The notes: a model not told the origin generated them from the sequence alone. Counted from the first letter of the stretch, positions 22,754 to 34,629 are shown. The stretch: DNA of 64,000 nucleotides from an uncultured bacterium (GCA_963801165.1 CAWDDT010000004.1:814637-878636); one strand, 5' to 3'. A program made the numbers and translations.

Positions 22754-23748
22754 CTAGCCGTCGAGCGAGGAGCGGACTTCTACCGTTTCCCAGTCGAAGG
22801 TGTGCTCGTTCCACATCATGCCCGGCTCGACGTTGAGGACGTTGCCTGCCCGATCCGTGGCGACGCCGGCCCATAGGGTGCGGATGGTGAAGAGGTGCAG
22901 GGCGCGGGTTTCGTACGCGAACGTGTACACGGGGTTCTCGAGAGACCCGGGGCAGGCGGCGGTGTCGGCGCAGCTGCTCGTGTAGTCCCATTCCCCGTCG
23001 CCGTCGATGTCGATCTGGATGCCGCTGAGCCAGATCTGGACGTTGAGCAGGTAGTCGGCGCCGGCGGTGTCGATGGTCAGTGCGAATCCGCCGTCGGTGG
23101 GGTCGCTGCCGTCGGCGACGTCGTACCAGACGCTGTTCTCGAGCCCGACCAGAGTGCGGGACTGGGGGAAGGTGGCCCGGACCGGTTCGGGCACGTATTC
23201 GTCACCGTGGAGGTGGTCCCGCACGTCGTTCTGGTTGACCACGACCAGGCAGTAGTGACCCAGCCGGTAACTCACGTCGTAGTCGCTGCGTCACTGCGGT
23301 GACGTGGCGAAATACGTCCTGCGACGCATACTGGGCGAAGATGGCGAGCTGGTCGCCGTCCGAGCAATCACCAACCGCCACGAGCGCACCCTGGTAGCAG
23401 GACCTTGTTGTAAACAGGTCAACATCGCCAAACGTGGAGGCGTCGCCGCCGTGGGCTACGACGTCTTTGACCAGGGGTGTCCGGTAGTAGTCCTCGTTGT
23501 ATGCGACGATCGTCCCGGTGTCGTCGGCGATGACTGCCTCATCCCACCATTCATGTGGGTACTGGCAGTTGATAACGCCGGTCTCCCGCAGGTAGGCGTT
23601 GTGGTCCTCGAGCCACAGATCGCCGGACACAAAGGCATGCTCGACCGTGACGTTGTGGTCGATGTCCGTCGCCGTCGCCTCTGGCGACGGCAGGGCTCGG
23701 CAGCGAAGCAACGAGCAGGATCGCAACGAACACTCCGATTCGTTTCAT
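22754..23748 (-). CDS. Secreted hypothetical protein (frameshifted)
   Basis: Signal peptide MKRIGVFVAILLVASL; continues in ORFs 23202..23726 and 22754..23275. Confidence 0.6.
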
Positions 23749-24486
23749 AGCTGCCGTCCCGTCCAATCGACAGGCACCATCGAGGCAATGTCCTCGTCAG
23801 TGGCCGGTCGAGTCGGCACCAGATCGGCGATCCGCCATCGTCCGTCGTCGTCTCGGTGGTAGGTGAACGTAGTCAGCTCGGGGTCCCACCCCAGGTATTC
23901 GCGAACGACCACGTCGTCGGCATCTCTGATCAGCTGGATGTCGCGATCTTCGACGTACACGACTGTTGCGGTGTCGCCCGAGACGCTCGAGCACTTCGAT
24001 GCCGAGGGTGCGGATGCCGGCGTCGGCGTAATGCCAGCCGGGGTTGGCGGCGAGCTCCTCGAAGCCGGCGACGATGGCTGTCCCAGTAGGGGTAGTCGGG
24101 CTCATACATCAGGCCGGCCATCTCTTCGGCGGTGCCGGTGGGGTGACCCTCGAGATAGTTGAACAGGTCGAACAGTTCGATGGCGACGTGGTAGAGGTCG
24201 TCGCCCGTCGGGTCGAAGTCGTCGACCGAATCCCGGTTCATGTTCGACACCACTACCTCGGGGCGAGCGAGGGGGTCGGCGGTTTTGTGGTTGTGGTTGT
24301 GGTCGCCGGGGGCTGGGTCGTACTCGTCGTGGTGGTAGTGGTGGTTGTGGTGGTCGTCGACGTGGCGGTGGTCGTGGTGGACGACGGTGCGGTAGTTGTG
24401 GTCGTCGTCTCTGAGCCGGTGCCCGAGCACGAAACCAGGATGACCCCCGCCACCGCGAGGGCCCCGAGCCGGCGGATCTCCCCCAT
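23745..24486 (-). CDS. Lipoprotein with Thr-rich linker (frameshifted)
   Basis: Lipobox LVSC and poly-Thr; continues through ORFs 23930..24430, 23797..24105 and 23745..23960; ATGA overlap with the next gene. Confidence 0.65.
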
Positions 24487-24808
24487 GTGCTTTCCCACCA
24501 TGTGCCGCATTATGCCAGCATCTCGATTATTTCCCCAAAACAACGCTGTTTAACATATAGCAAAGGTCGTGTGCAGCGTCTAGAGCAAGTTTGCACGATC
24601 GATGCCGGTCGAGGGGATCGCCTCCTTCTTCCCACCATGTGCCCGCATCATGGCAGCGTCCCCGGTCGCCCCAGGAATCTCGCGCCTCGTTCCTAGCCCG
24701 TCTTGTGTCGGAACGCCCAGCCCCTAGCCAGGCCGGGCCGCCTTCGTCACAGGGTCGCCACTGGCGCCCCGTGTGGCCATCATCGCGGCGGGTGCGACGG
24801 CTACCTGC

Positions 24809-25534
24809 TCAGGGCGACGGAACCTCCCCCAGCGGTGAGAACAGTGCGGTGATGCTGGGGCCGTCTGCGACGGTTCCGTATGCGGTGGTAGCACCGCCGC
24901 ACAGGGTGAGCGTGTGGCTTCCCGCGGTCACGGCGGCTGCACCGGTCAGCGAAGCCGACTGGCGGAGCCCGTTGATGTTGGCGGTTGCGTAGGCGTAGGC
25001 GACCGAGGCGGTATTGGCGGGGATCGCATTGCATGTGGTGTTGTCGAGTTGGATCCACCACAGGGTCTGGCTGTCGTCGTCGTTGTCGCGTACCGATGCG
25101 GATGCATTGATGAGTAGGTAGCCGTCCCAGGGGGTGGTGATGGTCAGCTCGGCCGTGGCAGTGCCCGTGTCGATGAGAGTGTGGGCGACGTCGTCGACTC
25201 CGGTTGCCCAGATCATGTTCTCGTAGTAGCCGGGGCCCTTCCCGTTCAGCCGCAGCGAATCGCCGGCGTTGACGGCACCGCTGTCGGCGAGGCGGTGCAT
25301 GAACGCCGCCATCTGTTCCCGGGTGACGTTGTCGGTGGGGCAGTAGCGGTCGTTGGCGGGCGGGTTGCAGCCGAGTGTGATCTCGTTGCTGGCCATCCAT
25401 TCGATGTCGTCCTCGAAGATCGAGGTGTCGTCATCGACAAAGGTGCCGGCGGCGTAGACGGCGATCGGCGCCATGACGACGAGGACGAGTGTGCTCGCTA
25501 CGAGCAGGCGCAGGTATCGGTGGCGATTGGACAC
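24809..25534 (-). CDS. Secreted SLH-like domain protein
   Basis: GTG start with GGGAGG RBS, signal peptide, ITLGCNPPANDRYCP..VTREQMAAFMHRL. Confidence 0.8.
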   Translation of the reverse strand: MSNRHRYLRLLVASTLVLVVMAPIAVYAAGTFVDDDTSIFEDDIEWMASNEITLGCNPPANDRYCPTDNVTREQMAAFMHRLADSGAVNAGDSLRLNGKGPGYYENMIWATGVDDVAHTLIDTGTATAELTITTPWDGYLLINASASVRDNDDDSQTLWWIQLDNTTCNAIPANTASVAYAYATANINGLRQSASLTGAAAVTAGSHTLTLCGGATTAYGTVADGPSITALFSPLGEVPSP

Positions 25535-25728
25535 GGGGTCTCCCTCCCTAGCGGTGTGTTTACCAAACCTACCGACGCATCGTGCGGCACGGGTTTCCCC
25601 ACATCGCAGTTGTTCCCACCGCGGGGAATGACGCGTCCGCCGGATTTGGAGTCGGGACCGTGCAACCCCGGACCCAGACGTCCGAGCCGTGGAGTACGGT
25701 TGGGGCCAAGGTGCCAAGGAGGGATGTC

Positions 25729-26010
25729 ATGCCGTTGTTCATGATCGAGCGCGAGTACGCGGAGCAGCTGAATCCAACACCGGAGATCGCGCGTTTCCTG
25801 GAGGAAGTCAACGTCGACGCAGGGGTCCGGTGGTTGTACTCGTTCCTGTCCTCCGATCGGCGTAAGACCTACTGCGTTTACGAGGCACCCAACCCCGAGG
25901 CGTTGCGGGAGGCGGCCCGGCAGGCTGGCATCCCGGCCGACGCCATTGTCGAGCTGACCGGAAAGGTCATGCCGAGCGGTGTGGTCGCCGCCATTGAGTC
26001 AGGTGGGTAG
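25729..26010 (+). CDS. DUF4242 (SCO4226-like) protein
   Basis: MPLFMIER...VRWLYSFLS.D..KTYCVYEAPNPEA. Confidence 0.85.
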   Translation: MPLFMIEREYAEQLNPTPEIARFLEEVNVDAGVRWLYSFLSSDRRKTYCVYEAPNPEALREAARQAGIPADAIVELTGKVMPSGVVAAIESGG

Positions 26011-28845
26011 CAGACCGCGTTGGGCACCCAGACGGGCTGCCTCGGTGCGGTTCTTGGCTCCCGTCTTGATGAGGATGTTGCGCACGTGGTTGGCGGCGGT
26101 GTTGACGCTGATGAACAACCGCTCGCTGATGTCGCGGTTGGAGCACCCGGCGGCGATCAGTTCGAGGACCTCCAACTCGCGAGCGGTCAACACCGAGTCG
26201 GATGGCCGCTTGGTCGGGCGGGCCAGACGTTGGATTCGCCGGCTTCCCATCAGCCGGGCCAGGTCGTACGCTTCCTGGGCCATCGCCTCGGCTCGGTCCG
26301 GGTCCCGGTTTCGCAGATACCGGGCGTAGCGGGCAAGAGATTCTGTTCGGTGGTGAGTGGCGCCTGTGCTTGCATCCATCTCCAATGCCGTCTCGAAGTG
26401 ATCGGCCGCGTCCCGGCCTGCGACCTCGGCGAGCATGCCCAGATAGCGGTCGGCGCTGCCGAACACGTTCACGAAGAAGCCCGAGATCAAGTTGGTCCCG
26501 CTCCGCGGGGAGAGGACCTTGTAGAGGCGCTCGGCGTGAGTGCGGTGTTTGAGCAGGCAGACGGCCTCGGTGAGATACACGGCCTGGGCCCCCTCGTACT
26601 TGTCGGCGATCTCGTCAACGTTGGGTGTGCTCATGATCTCGTCGAGCAGCGTCGCGGTCGAGCGGCGCATGTCGAGCTCGGTGTAGAGCGCCAGCAGACC
26701 GGGTTTCCACCGACCCACCTCCGTGTCGAGGTCACCGGTCACGAGCGGGCGGATATCTTCCAGCCCCGTCTCGCGTTTGATGTGGAACGACGCCGACCCG
26801 TGCAGCCCGTCGATCCGGTCGGGGCCGGTGAAGGCGTCCTTGTACTGGAGGACCCTGTCGACGATCCCTAGCGCCTCGTCGTACTGGCCGCGTTGGAGCG
26901 ATAGCGAGGACATGGCGAAGGCAAGCCCGGTGTGGTGGAACGGCTGGCCGGTTCGTTCTGCGATCGTCTCGAGGTCGGTAAGAGCCTCCTGCCAGATGCG
27001 ACGCTCGCCGAGCGCATAGCCGGTTGATGCCCGCACGAAGGTCGCCTGGGCAAAGAGGTCTAGATCGTCGACCTGCCGCGCGAGCGACGAGGCTTCGACG
27101 AAACTGTCGAGATCGGTCTTCAGCACCTGCGGCGACGCATATCCGGGTGAGATGAGTGCAACCGCCAGCAGCGCGGGATCGCCGATTTCCCGGGCCGAAA
27201 CCACGGCGGCGTCACCGACCTGCCGGGCCACCTCCGGCAAACCGGCGTAACCGTAGGCACGGGCAAGCTGGGCCGACAGCTCCGTTCGCAGCGGAGCGGT
27301 CAGCTCCCCGCTCTTGAGCGCCCCCTTCAGCCGGGCGATCGCCTCATGGCCGAGACGCCCGGGACGCCAGGTCGCCTCGGCCAGCCCGATGGCGGCCCTG
27401 GCTCGACGTTCCGGGTCCTTGGAACCGCACGCCACGCGATAGATTTCGAGCGCTTGTTCGAAACGGCTCGCCAGCAACAGGTTGTGTCCGGCGCGTAGCA
27501 GGAGTATCTCGCGGGTCGCGGTGTCTTCGGCTAAGGCGGCGGCGTTCTCGAACTGATCGGCCGCGTCCTCGAATGCAAACGTCCGCTCGCTGAAGTCACC
27601 CGCCCGTGATCCGAACTCCACGGCGTCGTCGCGGCGCGACCCTGCCCGGGCGAGGTGCTGGCTGATCCGTGCGGCACAGGCAGGGTCGTCACCCCGCTCA
27701 GCGATGAGCAGGTCGGCGATACGTCCGTGGAGTGCGGTGACGTCCGAGGGTGCCATGTCCTCCTGGAGGGTGTGGCGGGTGAGATCGTGAACGAAGTCAT
27801 ACATGCCGGATTGGTGAACCATCAGACCGTGCGCCACCGCCTCGTCCAGACCGTGGTGGATGCGATCGATGTCGACACTGAGGATGGCCGCCAACGCACC
27901 GGGATCGATCTCGGGGGCGGAAACCGCGGCGGCACGGACCACGGAGCGTGAGTCAGGCGAGAGGGTCAGCACGCGTGCCCGCACGGCATCGCTGAGCGAC
28001 GGTGGCGTCCGCGGTGCCGACGCCTTTGAGCCGTCTCCGCCCACAGTGGCCCAGACCTCGGACACGTAGTAGGGGTTGCCAGCGGTCCAATGGCGCAGCA
28101 GCCGGGCGGTGCGCGCTGATGCTTCGCCCGGTGCGGCCCGGGTAGCCAGGAACTGCTCGATCTCGGTTTCGTCGAGCCCGCTGAGATCGAGCCGGGTGAC
28201 GGAGGGTAGCCGGTGGGCGGTCGCCAGCACACGGGCGAGGAGAGGGGTCCTTTCGGGGAGCGTGGTCCGGAAGGTCATCAACAGGAGCAGCCGGGCCTGG
28301 TCGATCGAGCGCATGATGTGCGAGGCCAGGTTGCAGGTGGGCTCGGTGGCATTGTGAACGTCGTCGAGGACCAGAACCGTGGGCTGGTCGGCAGCGAGAG
28401 CACGCAGGGCCGTCACGACGGCGGCGAACAGCTCGTGGCGTTTGGCGGCTTCGGTCCCCGGCAGCACCGGGTCCCCCGCCGGGGAGAGGGCGGCAGTGAT
28501 CGAGGTCAGGGCTTCAGCGAGGCCGGGGACGGTCCGGGTGTCGGCGATGGTGGCGATCTGATCGAAGATCTGGACGAACGGCTCGAAGGGACGTGCCTGG
28601 CCGGTGTGGCGGACTCCGTGGGCGACCACCGCTCCGTTGCCGTGGGCGGCCGACGCTACCTCGGCCGCCAGCCGACTCTTGCCGATACCGGGCGGTCCGC
28701 CGATCAGCACGACCTGGCGACGACCGGCCACGGCCCGGTCCCAGGCCTCGTCCAGCACTTTCTTCTCGGCATGACGACCCGCAAACCCCCCGAGATGGGA
28801 GGTGTCGAGCCACACCGGGAGCGGTGTGTCGGGTGCTCTCCCCAT
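25999..28845 (-). CDS. AAA ATPase / LuxR-family transcriptional regulator
   Basis: GPPGIGKSRL, LVLDDVH, GNPYY, C-terminal LTARELEVL..IAAG.SNRDI..LFISVNT HTH. Confidence 0.9.
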   Translation of the reverse strand: MGRAPDTPLPVWLDTSHLGGFAGRHAEKKVLDEAWDRAVAGRRQVVLIGGPPGIGKSRLAAEVASAAHGNGAVVAHGVRHTGQARPFEPFVQIFDQIATIADTRTVPGLAEALTSITAALSPAGDPVLPGTEAAKRHELFAAVVTALRALAADQPTVLVLDDVHNATEPTCNLASHIMRSIDQARLLLLMTFRTTLPERTPLLARVLATAHRLPSVTRLDLSGLDETEIEQFLATRAAPGEASARTARLLRHWTAGNPYYVSEVWATVGGDGSKASAPRTPPSLSDAVRARVLTLSPDSRSVVRAAAVSAPEIDPGALAAILSVDIDRIHHGLDEAVAHGLMVHQSGMYDFVHDLTRHTLQEDMAPSDVTALHGRIADLLIAERGDDPACAARISQHLARAGSRRDDAVEFGSRAGDFSERTFAFEDAADQFENAAALAEDTATREILLLRAGHNLLLASRFEQALEIYRVACGSKDPERRARAAIGLAEATWRPGRLGHEAIARLKGALKSGELTAPLRTELSAQLARAYGYAGLPEVARQVGDAAVVSAREIGDPALLAVALISPGYASPQVLKTDLDSFVEASSLARQVDDLDLFAQATFVRASTGYALGERRIWQEALTDLETIAERTGQPFHHTGLAFAMSSLSLQRGQYDEALGIVDRVLQYKDAFTGPDRIDGLHGSASFHIKRETGLEDIRPLVTGDLDTEVGRWKPGLLALYTELDMRRSTATLLDEIMSTPNVDEIADKYEGAQAVYLTEAVCLLKHRTHAERLYKVLSPRSGTNLISGFFVNVFGSADRYLGMLAEVAGRDAADHFETALEMDASTGATHHRTESLARYARYLRNRDPDRAEAMAQEAYDLARLMGSRRIQRLARPTKRPSDSVLTARELEVLELIAAGCSNRDISERLFISVNTAANHVRNILIKTGAKNRTEAARLGAQRGLLPT

Positions 28846-29057
28846 AGCTGGAACATACACCGCACTGCCGTTCCAGCCATGACCACTAATGACTATTCGG
28901 GGCCTAATGGTCAATTCAGGTCATGACGCCGCGGGGTGGTCTCGATACGTTGCCTGGGCCGGGAACGGCCCGGCACAGCAAAGGGGGGAGCGACACCCGG
29001 CAACGCTCCGGTGATCGTATCCCGCCGTTCCCACAACGTGGGAGAAAGGAAGGCACG

Positions 29058-30050
29058 ATGAGAAATCCAATTCGCAGACGGGGACGTCTGCTCGTGTTGG
29101 CCGTCGCCCTGCTGATGTTGGTGCCGGCGGCTGCGTCGGCGACGCAGCCGTGCGGAGACCCCACGGCAACGCTGCTGGCCTCGGGGCTCGCCGGCTCGAC
29201 CGGATCGGGAAGCACGATCGGCCCCGACGGGGCGCTGTACGTGACCGAGGGCGCCGCCGGGAGGATCTCCAGGATCGATCGGGAGACGGGGCAGGTGACC
29301 ACCTTTGCCGATGGTCTGCCGGCCGCGATACCCGCTGTGGGGCTCGGAGGGCCAATGGACGTGGCCTTCATCGGCGATACGGCGTATGCCCTTGTGACGC
29401 TGGTCGGGCCCGACGTGGGCGGATCCGACGTGTCCGGCATCTACCGGATCGACGGGCGTAGCAGCTTCACCGTGATCGCCGACATCGGATCGTGGTCGAT
29501 AGCCAATCCACCGGAGACCGAGTTCTTCGTCCCGTCGGGTCTCCAGTATGCGTTCGAGCCGTACCAAGGCGATTTCCTGGTGACCGACGGTCACCACAAC
29601 CGGGTGCTGCGGGTAGCGCTCAACGGGGACGTCAGTGAGGTCGTGGCACTCGACGACGTGGTGCCCACCGGTCTCGACATCAGGGGTAGCCAGGTGTATC
29701 TGGCACTTGCCGGTCCCAACCCGCACCTGCCCGAGGATGGTCGGGTTGTACGGTTCAACGTACACAACCCCAAGGTCAAGCCGGTGGCCTCGGGAGCGAG
29801 GCTCCTGGTAGATGTGGAGTTCGGACAGGGCAACAGCATGTACGGTCTCTCGCAGGGCCACTTCACCCCGGGCAACCCGGACGGGTCGCCCGCCGACCCG
29901 GATAGCGGTGCGTTGATGCGGGCCGATCATCACGGCCAGTTCGTTCCCGTCTTCGAGGGGCTCGATCGCCCCACGTCGGTCGAGATCGTGGGCCATACCG
30001 CCTACGTGACGACGCTGGGGGGCGAGGTCTGGGAGATCGACAACATCTAG
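29058..30050 (+). CDS. Secreted ScyD/ScyE-family beta-propeller protein
   Basis: Signal peptide, GPDGALYVTE, VTDGHHN, VPTGL motifs. Confidence 0.78.
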   Translation: MRNPIRRRGRLLVLAVALLMLVPAAASATQPCGDPTATLLASGLAGSTGSGSTIGPDGALYVTEGAAGRISRIDRETGQVTTFADGLPAAIPAVGLGGPMDVAFIGDTAYALVTLVGPDVGGSDVSGIYRIDGRSSFTVIADIGSWSIANPPETEFFVPSGLQYAFEPYQGDFLVTDGHHNRVLRVALNGDVSEVVALDDVVPTGLDIRGSQVYLALAGPNPHLPEDGRVVRFNVHNPKVKPVASGARLLVDVEFGQGNSMYGLSQGHFTPGNPDGSPADPDSGALMRADHHGQFVPVFEGLDRPTSVEIVGHTAYVTTLGGEVWEIDNI

Positions 30051-30327
30051 CTCCGTTGGGGAAGGGTACGGGCAACGGGTGTCCCGCCGTAGTGATGGGC
30101 GGGGCACCCGTCGCTGTGTACCTGGTCCCGGCAGGCACGTCGACCTCTCCGGGGACGGGTAGGAAAACGTTTTTCAGTTGTCGAGCTTCCTATACACCGG
30201 TCTCGTGGGTGACCGCCGGCCGGGCGGTGACGCCCCGGGGACTCGAATGCCCTCGCCGCGGCCGAGGCTATGACCGGCGGATCAGCCCGGGGAGACGAAG
30301 CTCCCGTCCTCAGCTGCATCCGTGCTG

Positions 30328-30783
30328 TCACGGAACTGGCGTGCCCTCGCTGACCGGTTCGAGCACGAAGACCGGAATCTGGCGGTCGGTTTTGCGCTGG
30401 TAGTCGGCGTAGTCGGGGTAGGCATCAACGGCCCGGGTCCACCAGACGGCTTTCTCGTCTCCGAACACCTCACGAGCCCGGTACTGACCGGTCGCCGTGC
30501 CATCTTGCAGCTCGATCAGCGGTTCGGCGACCAGGCAGGCGTACCACTGCGGGTTGGTCGGTGCGCCACCTTTGGAGGCGACAGCGGCGTACCGCCCCTC
30601 GTGTTCGACCCGCATTACCGGCGTCTTGCGCACCTTCCCGGTTTTGACGCCCCGATAGGTCATCAGCACGGTGGGCATGCCCCTGATCGTGACGCCGTCG
30701 GTGGTGCCGGTACCCACGATCTGCTCGACGTGGTCCCGTACCCATCCCGACGGGCTCGGTTCGTAATCGATAGTGTCGCTCAT
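30328..30783 (-). CDS. F420-dependent (deazaflavin) nitroreductase family protein
   Basis: [41 protein letters not shown]. Confidence 0.92.
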   Translation of the reverse strand: MSDTIDYEPSPSGWVRDHVEQIVGTGTTDGVTIRGMPTVLMTYRGVKTGKVRKTPVMRVEHEGRYAAVASKGGAPTNPQWYACLVAEPLIELQDGTATGQYRAREVFGDEKAVWWTRAVDAYPDYADYQRKTDRQIPVFVLEPVSEGTPVP

Positions 30784-30854
30784 CTCCCGATCAACGGCTC
30801 CGGATGCGTGGAAATTCCGCGCTCGCCGGTGGCGTCGGGGGAGCGACCGTTCCC

Positions 30855-31979
30855 CTACAGCGTCGCTGCATAGGCGGCTTCTACCGCAAATGCCTCGGCC
30901 TCGATGGGGTTGGTGGCGTAGTCGAAGCCGGATTGGACGAAGCCCATGCCGTAGGCGCACGCAAAGGCATCCTCGAACCGGAAGCGCCGGTACTGGTCGA
31001 CGTGGGTGGTCTCGTGCACCATCAGTGCCTTGTCGTCGTCGACGGTGGGGTCCCATGCGTCGCGCACGTAGATGTCGTAGCTGAGGGTGTAGCCGGCGAA
31101 CTCAGGCCCCATGAAGGTCATCGCCAGGGTGCCGTCGCTGAAGTGGTTGCCGGACAGGGCGGCGTTCTCCATGAACCCGACCTTGGTGAGGTCGACGTTG
31201 GGGAAGATCGGCTGGATCTCCGTCTGGAAATCGGGAGGCAGCGACTGGAACGGCTTGCCCAGATTGAACAGGATGTTGTCGGCTTCGGCCAGGTTGTGGA
31301 TGAGGATCCCACCGAGGCAGCCGCCCAACATGGCGAGCGCTTCGAGCAGTCCCATGGCGAGGTCGCCGAGCCAATCGAGAGCCCGGTCGATGGCTTCCAG
31401 CGCCCATTCGTATGCTGCTGCCGCCCTCTCCTCGACCCATTCGACCACGTCGGCGGCCGCTTCCATAGCCCAGTCGGCGGCGGCGGTGAGGTCTTCCCAG
31501 ACAGCCTCGGCGGTGTCTTCGAGCCATTCCCATGCCGCTTCGGCACCATCTTCGATGGCTTCCCAGGCGTCTTCGGCTGCGGCGGAGATCGCCTCCCAGG
31601 CTTCTTCAGCGGCATCGGCAATGGCGTTGACGGCTGCATCGACCAGGTCGGTGGCGCCGTCCCAGGCTTCCTCGGCGAGTTCGGCAAACGCATCGAAGAC
31701 GTCACCGGCGGCGTCGACGGCGTCTTCGGCAAGGTCACCGAGCGCGTCGACGGCGTCCTGTGCGAAATCGGCGACCGCTTCGACCACATCTTCGACGGTG
31801 TCGATAACCGCGTCGACGACATCGCCGACCGCATCGATGACGTCTTCTGCCACGTCGCCTATTGCATCGACAACGTCTTCGATGACGTCACCGGCCGCGT
31901 CGACCACGTCCTCGACTACGTCGCCTACGGCGTCGGCCGCGTCACCGACGGCGTCGACTATGTCCCCAAGAAGGCCCAT
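30855..31979 (-). CDS. Acidic 11-residue amphipathic repeat protein with C-terminal DUF4157-like zincin domain
   Basis: About 190 aa of (V/I)GDVxEDVVDA-type repeats; [12 protein letters not shown]...NPIEAEA. Confidence 0.75.
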   Translation of the reverse strand: MGLLGDIVDAVGDAADAVGDVVEDVVDAAGDVIEDVVDAIGDVAEDVIDAVGDVVDAVIDTVEDVVEAVADFAQDAVDALGDLAEDAVDAAGDVFDAFAELAEEAWDGATDLVDAAVNAIADAAEEAWEAISAAAEDAWEAIEDGAEAAWEWLEDTAEAVWEDLTAAADWAMEAAADVVEWVEERAAAAYEWALEAIDRALDWLGDLAMGLLEALAMLGGCLGGILIHNLAEADNILFNLGKPFQSLPPDFQTEIQPIFPNVDLTKVGFMENAALSGNHFSDGTLAMTFMGPEFAGYTLSYDIYVRDAWDPTVDDDKALMVHETTHVDQYRRFRFEDAFACAYGMGFVQSGFDYATNPIEAEAFAVEAAYAATL

Positions 31980-31991
31980 GATGAGTACCGG

Positions 31992-32444
31992 CTAGCCGCG
32001 GGCGGCGATGTCGGCGAGCAGGATCTCCATCGCCTCTTCGGTGGTGAATCCGGCCGTCTCCAGGGTCTGCTTCTTGAGGGCGAGCATCTCGGCACGGCGA
32101 GCCAGGATCACCTTGACGTCGTTGGAACCGGCGATGTGGTCGAGGCCGGCCCGGGCCACGTCGACCTTGAGGTCGAAGCGGTCGAGCACCGAGCCCCGGG
32201 CAGCTCCCGTTGCGATCTCGGATGCTTCCCGCACGATGGCGTTCTCGAGGGACGCCTGGCTGGCGGACGCGGCGGCGGCCTTGATGGTTGCCTGCACGTC
32301 GTCGGGCAGCTTCTGGTTGGCCTTGAGACCCAACCGGTCCTTCATCACTTTGGTGACGGACTTGTCGATGTCCGTCTCGAGCTTCTCCACCCGCAACGTC
32401 GGTGCGGTGACGGTTCGCGTCGGCAAAGTGGTTCTCGCTGGCAT
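31992..32444 (-). CDS. Hypothetical helical protein
   Basis: AGAGGA RBS before ATG 32444; ends 12 nt before the DUF4157-like gene. Confidence 0.7.
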   Translation of the reverse strand: MPARTTLPTRTVTAPTLRVEKLETDIDKSVTKVMKDRLGLKANQKLPDDVQATIKAAAASASQASLENAIVREASEIATGAARGSVLDRFDLKVDVARAGLDHIAGSNDVKVILARRAEMLALKKQTLETAGFTTEEAMEILLADIAARG

Positions 32445-32562
32445 GTGCCCTCCTCTGGGTCTGGTCTGTCGGGTACTAGAGGCGGGAGAGGAGGGTTTGA
32501 TACGTCGCGAGGTCGAGTGCTTGCCGCAGGAGGGAGGCGGCGTCGCGGGACGTCTGGCCCTG

Positions 32563-33102
32563 TCAGTCCACCAGATCGGCTGGATCGAAGCTGACCTCGG
32601 CCGGTCCGATGTCGAGGGTGACGGTGGTGCCCGGCCCGTGCCGGCCCTGTTCGACCAGGATTCCGTCGACCAGCTTGTAGACGATGACCTCCGGTCCGTC
32701 GGGGTCGATGATCCAGTAGCGCTCGAGCCCGGCCGCGGCGTATTTGGCGGCCTTGCGGATGATGTCCCGGGCAGGGTCCGAGGAGAGCACCTCGACGGCC
32801 AGATACGGTGTTGCGGTGTAGCGCACATCCTCGCCGCGGTCATCGAAGACCATCACATCCGGCCCAAACTCGTCCGGGCCGGGCTTCCAACCCCAGCCCT
32901 CCCGTACACGGGTTGGCATCGATACGGCGCTCTTGAGGATGACCGCAAGGTTGAACGAGACATCCTGATGACGACCACCGGGGAACGGACTCATAACGAG
33001 CTCTCCGTCGATGTACTCGCCTCGGACGTCGGGTCCGAGTGCTTCGTATTCGTTCCAGGACATGGGGATGCGGTCCCCGGGTTGCATGGTCTTGGTAGCC
33101 AT
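32563..33102 (-). CDS. Uma2 family (DUF820) endonuclease, copy 1
   Basis: [22 protein letters not shown]...K..Y...G..YWIIDP; 179 aa. Confidence 0.92.
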   Translation of the reverse strand: MATKTMQPGDRIPMSWNEYEALGPDVRGEYIDGELVMSPFPGGRHQDVSFNLAVILKSAVSMPTRVREGWGWKPGPDEFGPDVMVFDDRGEDVRYTATPYLAVEVLSSDPARDIIRKAAKYAAAGLERYWIIDPDGPEVIVYKLVDGILVEQGRHGPGTTVTLDIGPAEVSFDPADLVD

Positions 33103-33249
33103 GTCATACACAGTAACCCTCCTTCGCCCTCCGCGGTGGTGCGCCTTCAGCACCATCTCATGCGGGTGTGACACGATCCGGCCGGTGCTTGGCTGCGTGG
33201 TCGAGACTCGCGGCTGTCGCGGGTGAATCGCGCCGGGGGACGCGTATGG

Positions 33250-33789
33250 CTATGCCACGAGCTCTACCGGATCGAAGCTGACCTCCGTTGGTCCGATGTC
33301 GAGGGTGACGGTGGTGCCCGGGCCGTGGCGGCCTTGTTCGACGAGGACGCCGTCAGTGAGCCGGTACACGATGACCTCGGGTCCGTCGGGGTCGATGATC
33401 CAGTAGCGCTCGAGACCTGCGGCGGCGTATTTGGCGGCTTTGCGGATGATGTCCCGGGCAGGGTCTGAGGAGAGCACCTCGATGGCCAGATAGGGAAGCG
33501 CGGTGAGGCGCTTTCGCTCGTCGGACACGCCGAATACCGTTACGTCCGGGATGAATTCGTCGTTGTCCGGCTTCCAAGCCCAATTCTCCACTACCTCGGC
33601 GTGCTCCGGCAATGCGACTTCGATGAGTTTGTGGATGCGATAGGCGATCCGTTGGTGGTCTAGCGTCGGCGACGGGCTCATAACGAGTGCGCCGTCGATG
33701 TACTCGCCGCGGACGTCGGGCCCGAGTGCTTCGTATTCGTCCCAGGACATGGGGATGCGGTCCCCGGGTTGCATGGTCTTGGTAGCCAT
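33250..33789 (-). CDS. Uma2 family endonuclease, copy 2
   Basis: Same motifs; 179 aa. Confidence 0.92.
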   Translation of the reverse strand: MATKTMQPGDRIPMSWDEYEALGPDVRGEYIDGALVMSPSPTLDHQRIAYRIHKLIEVALPEHAEVVENWAWKPDNDEFIPDVTVFGVSDERKRLTALPYLAIEVLSSDPARDIIRKAAKYAAAGLERYWIIDPDGPEVIVYRLTDGVLVEQGRHGPGTTVTLDIGPTEVSFDPVELVA

Positions 33790-33943
33790 GTCATACACAG
33801 TAACCCTCCTTCGCCCTCCGTGGTGGTGCGCCTTCAGCACCATCTCATGCGGGTGTGACACGATCCGGCCGGTGCTTGTCTGCTGCTCGAGACTCGCGGC
33901 TGTCGCGGGTCAGAACTCGCCGCCGGGGTGACCGCTGTATCGG

Positions 33944-34482
33944 CTATGCCACGAGCTCTGCTGGATCGAAGCTGACCTCTGCCGGTCCGATGTCGAGGGT
34001 GACGGTGGTCCCCGGGCCGTGCCGGCCTTGCTCGACGAGGACGCCGTCATGAGCCGGTACACGATGACCTCCGGTCCGTCGGGGTCGATGATCCAGTAGC
34101 GCTCGAGACCGGCCGCGGCATACTTCGCAGCCTTGCGGATGATGTCCCGGGCAGGATCCGAGGACAGGACTTCGACGACCAGGCACGGTGTTCCGGTGTA
34201 GCGCGTCTCCTCGGGAGTTATGTCGTGAACCACCACGTCGGGGACGAACTCGTCCTTCCCTGGCTTCCACGCCCAATTCTCCACAACAACAATCTCTCTA
34301 GGGAGGTTCGCTTCGATGAGATTGGCAAGTCGACGCGCCAGCTGTTGGTGGCGGTGCGTCGGCGACGGGCTCATAACGAGTTCCCCGTCGATGTACTCGC
34401 CGCGCACGTCGGGCCCGAGTGCCTCGTATTCGTCCCAGGACATGGGGATGCGGTCCCCGGGTTGCATGGTCTTAGTAGCCAT
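33944..34482 (-). CDS. Uma2 family endonuclease, copy 3 (1-nt deletion near 34050)
   Basis: 539 nt versus 540 nt for intact copies. Confidence 0.88.
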
Positions 34483-34629
34483 GTCATACACGATATACCT
34501 CCCTCGCCCTCCACGGTGGTACGCCTTCTGTATCGTCTCAAGCGGGTGTGACAATTTCGGGCGTACCCCTCGCAGTGTGACGGTTGGTGCCACAATGTGC
34601 GTCGGTGGTGCCGTCGATACGGGGGACCG

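Noticed and set aside
11100-24410. GTG/GTC/GTT-rich tracts (11110-11250, 12730-12800, 24285-24410) as non-coding microsatellites
   Set aside because: They encode Thr-rich linkers of minus-strand exported proteins.
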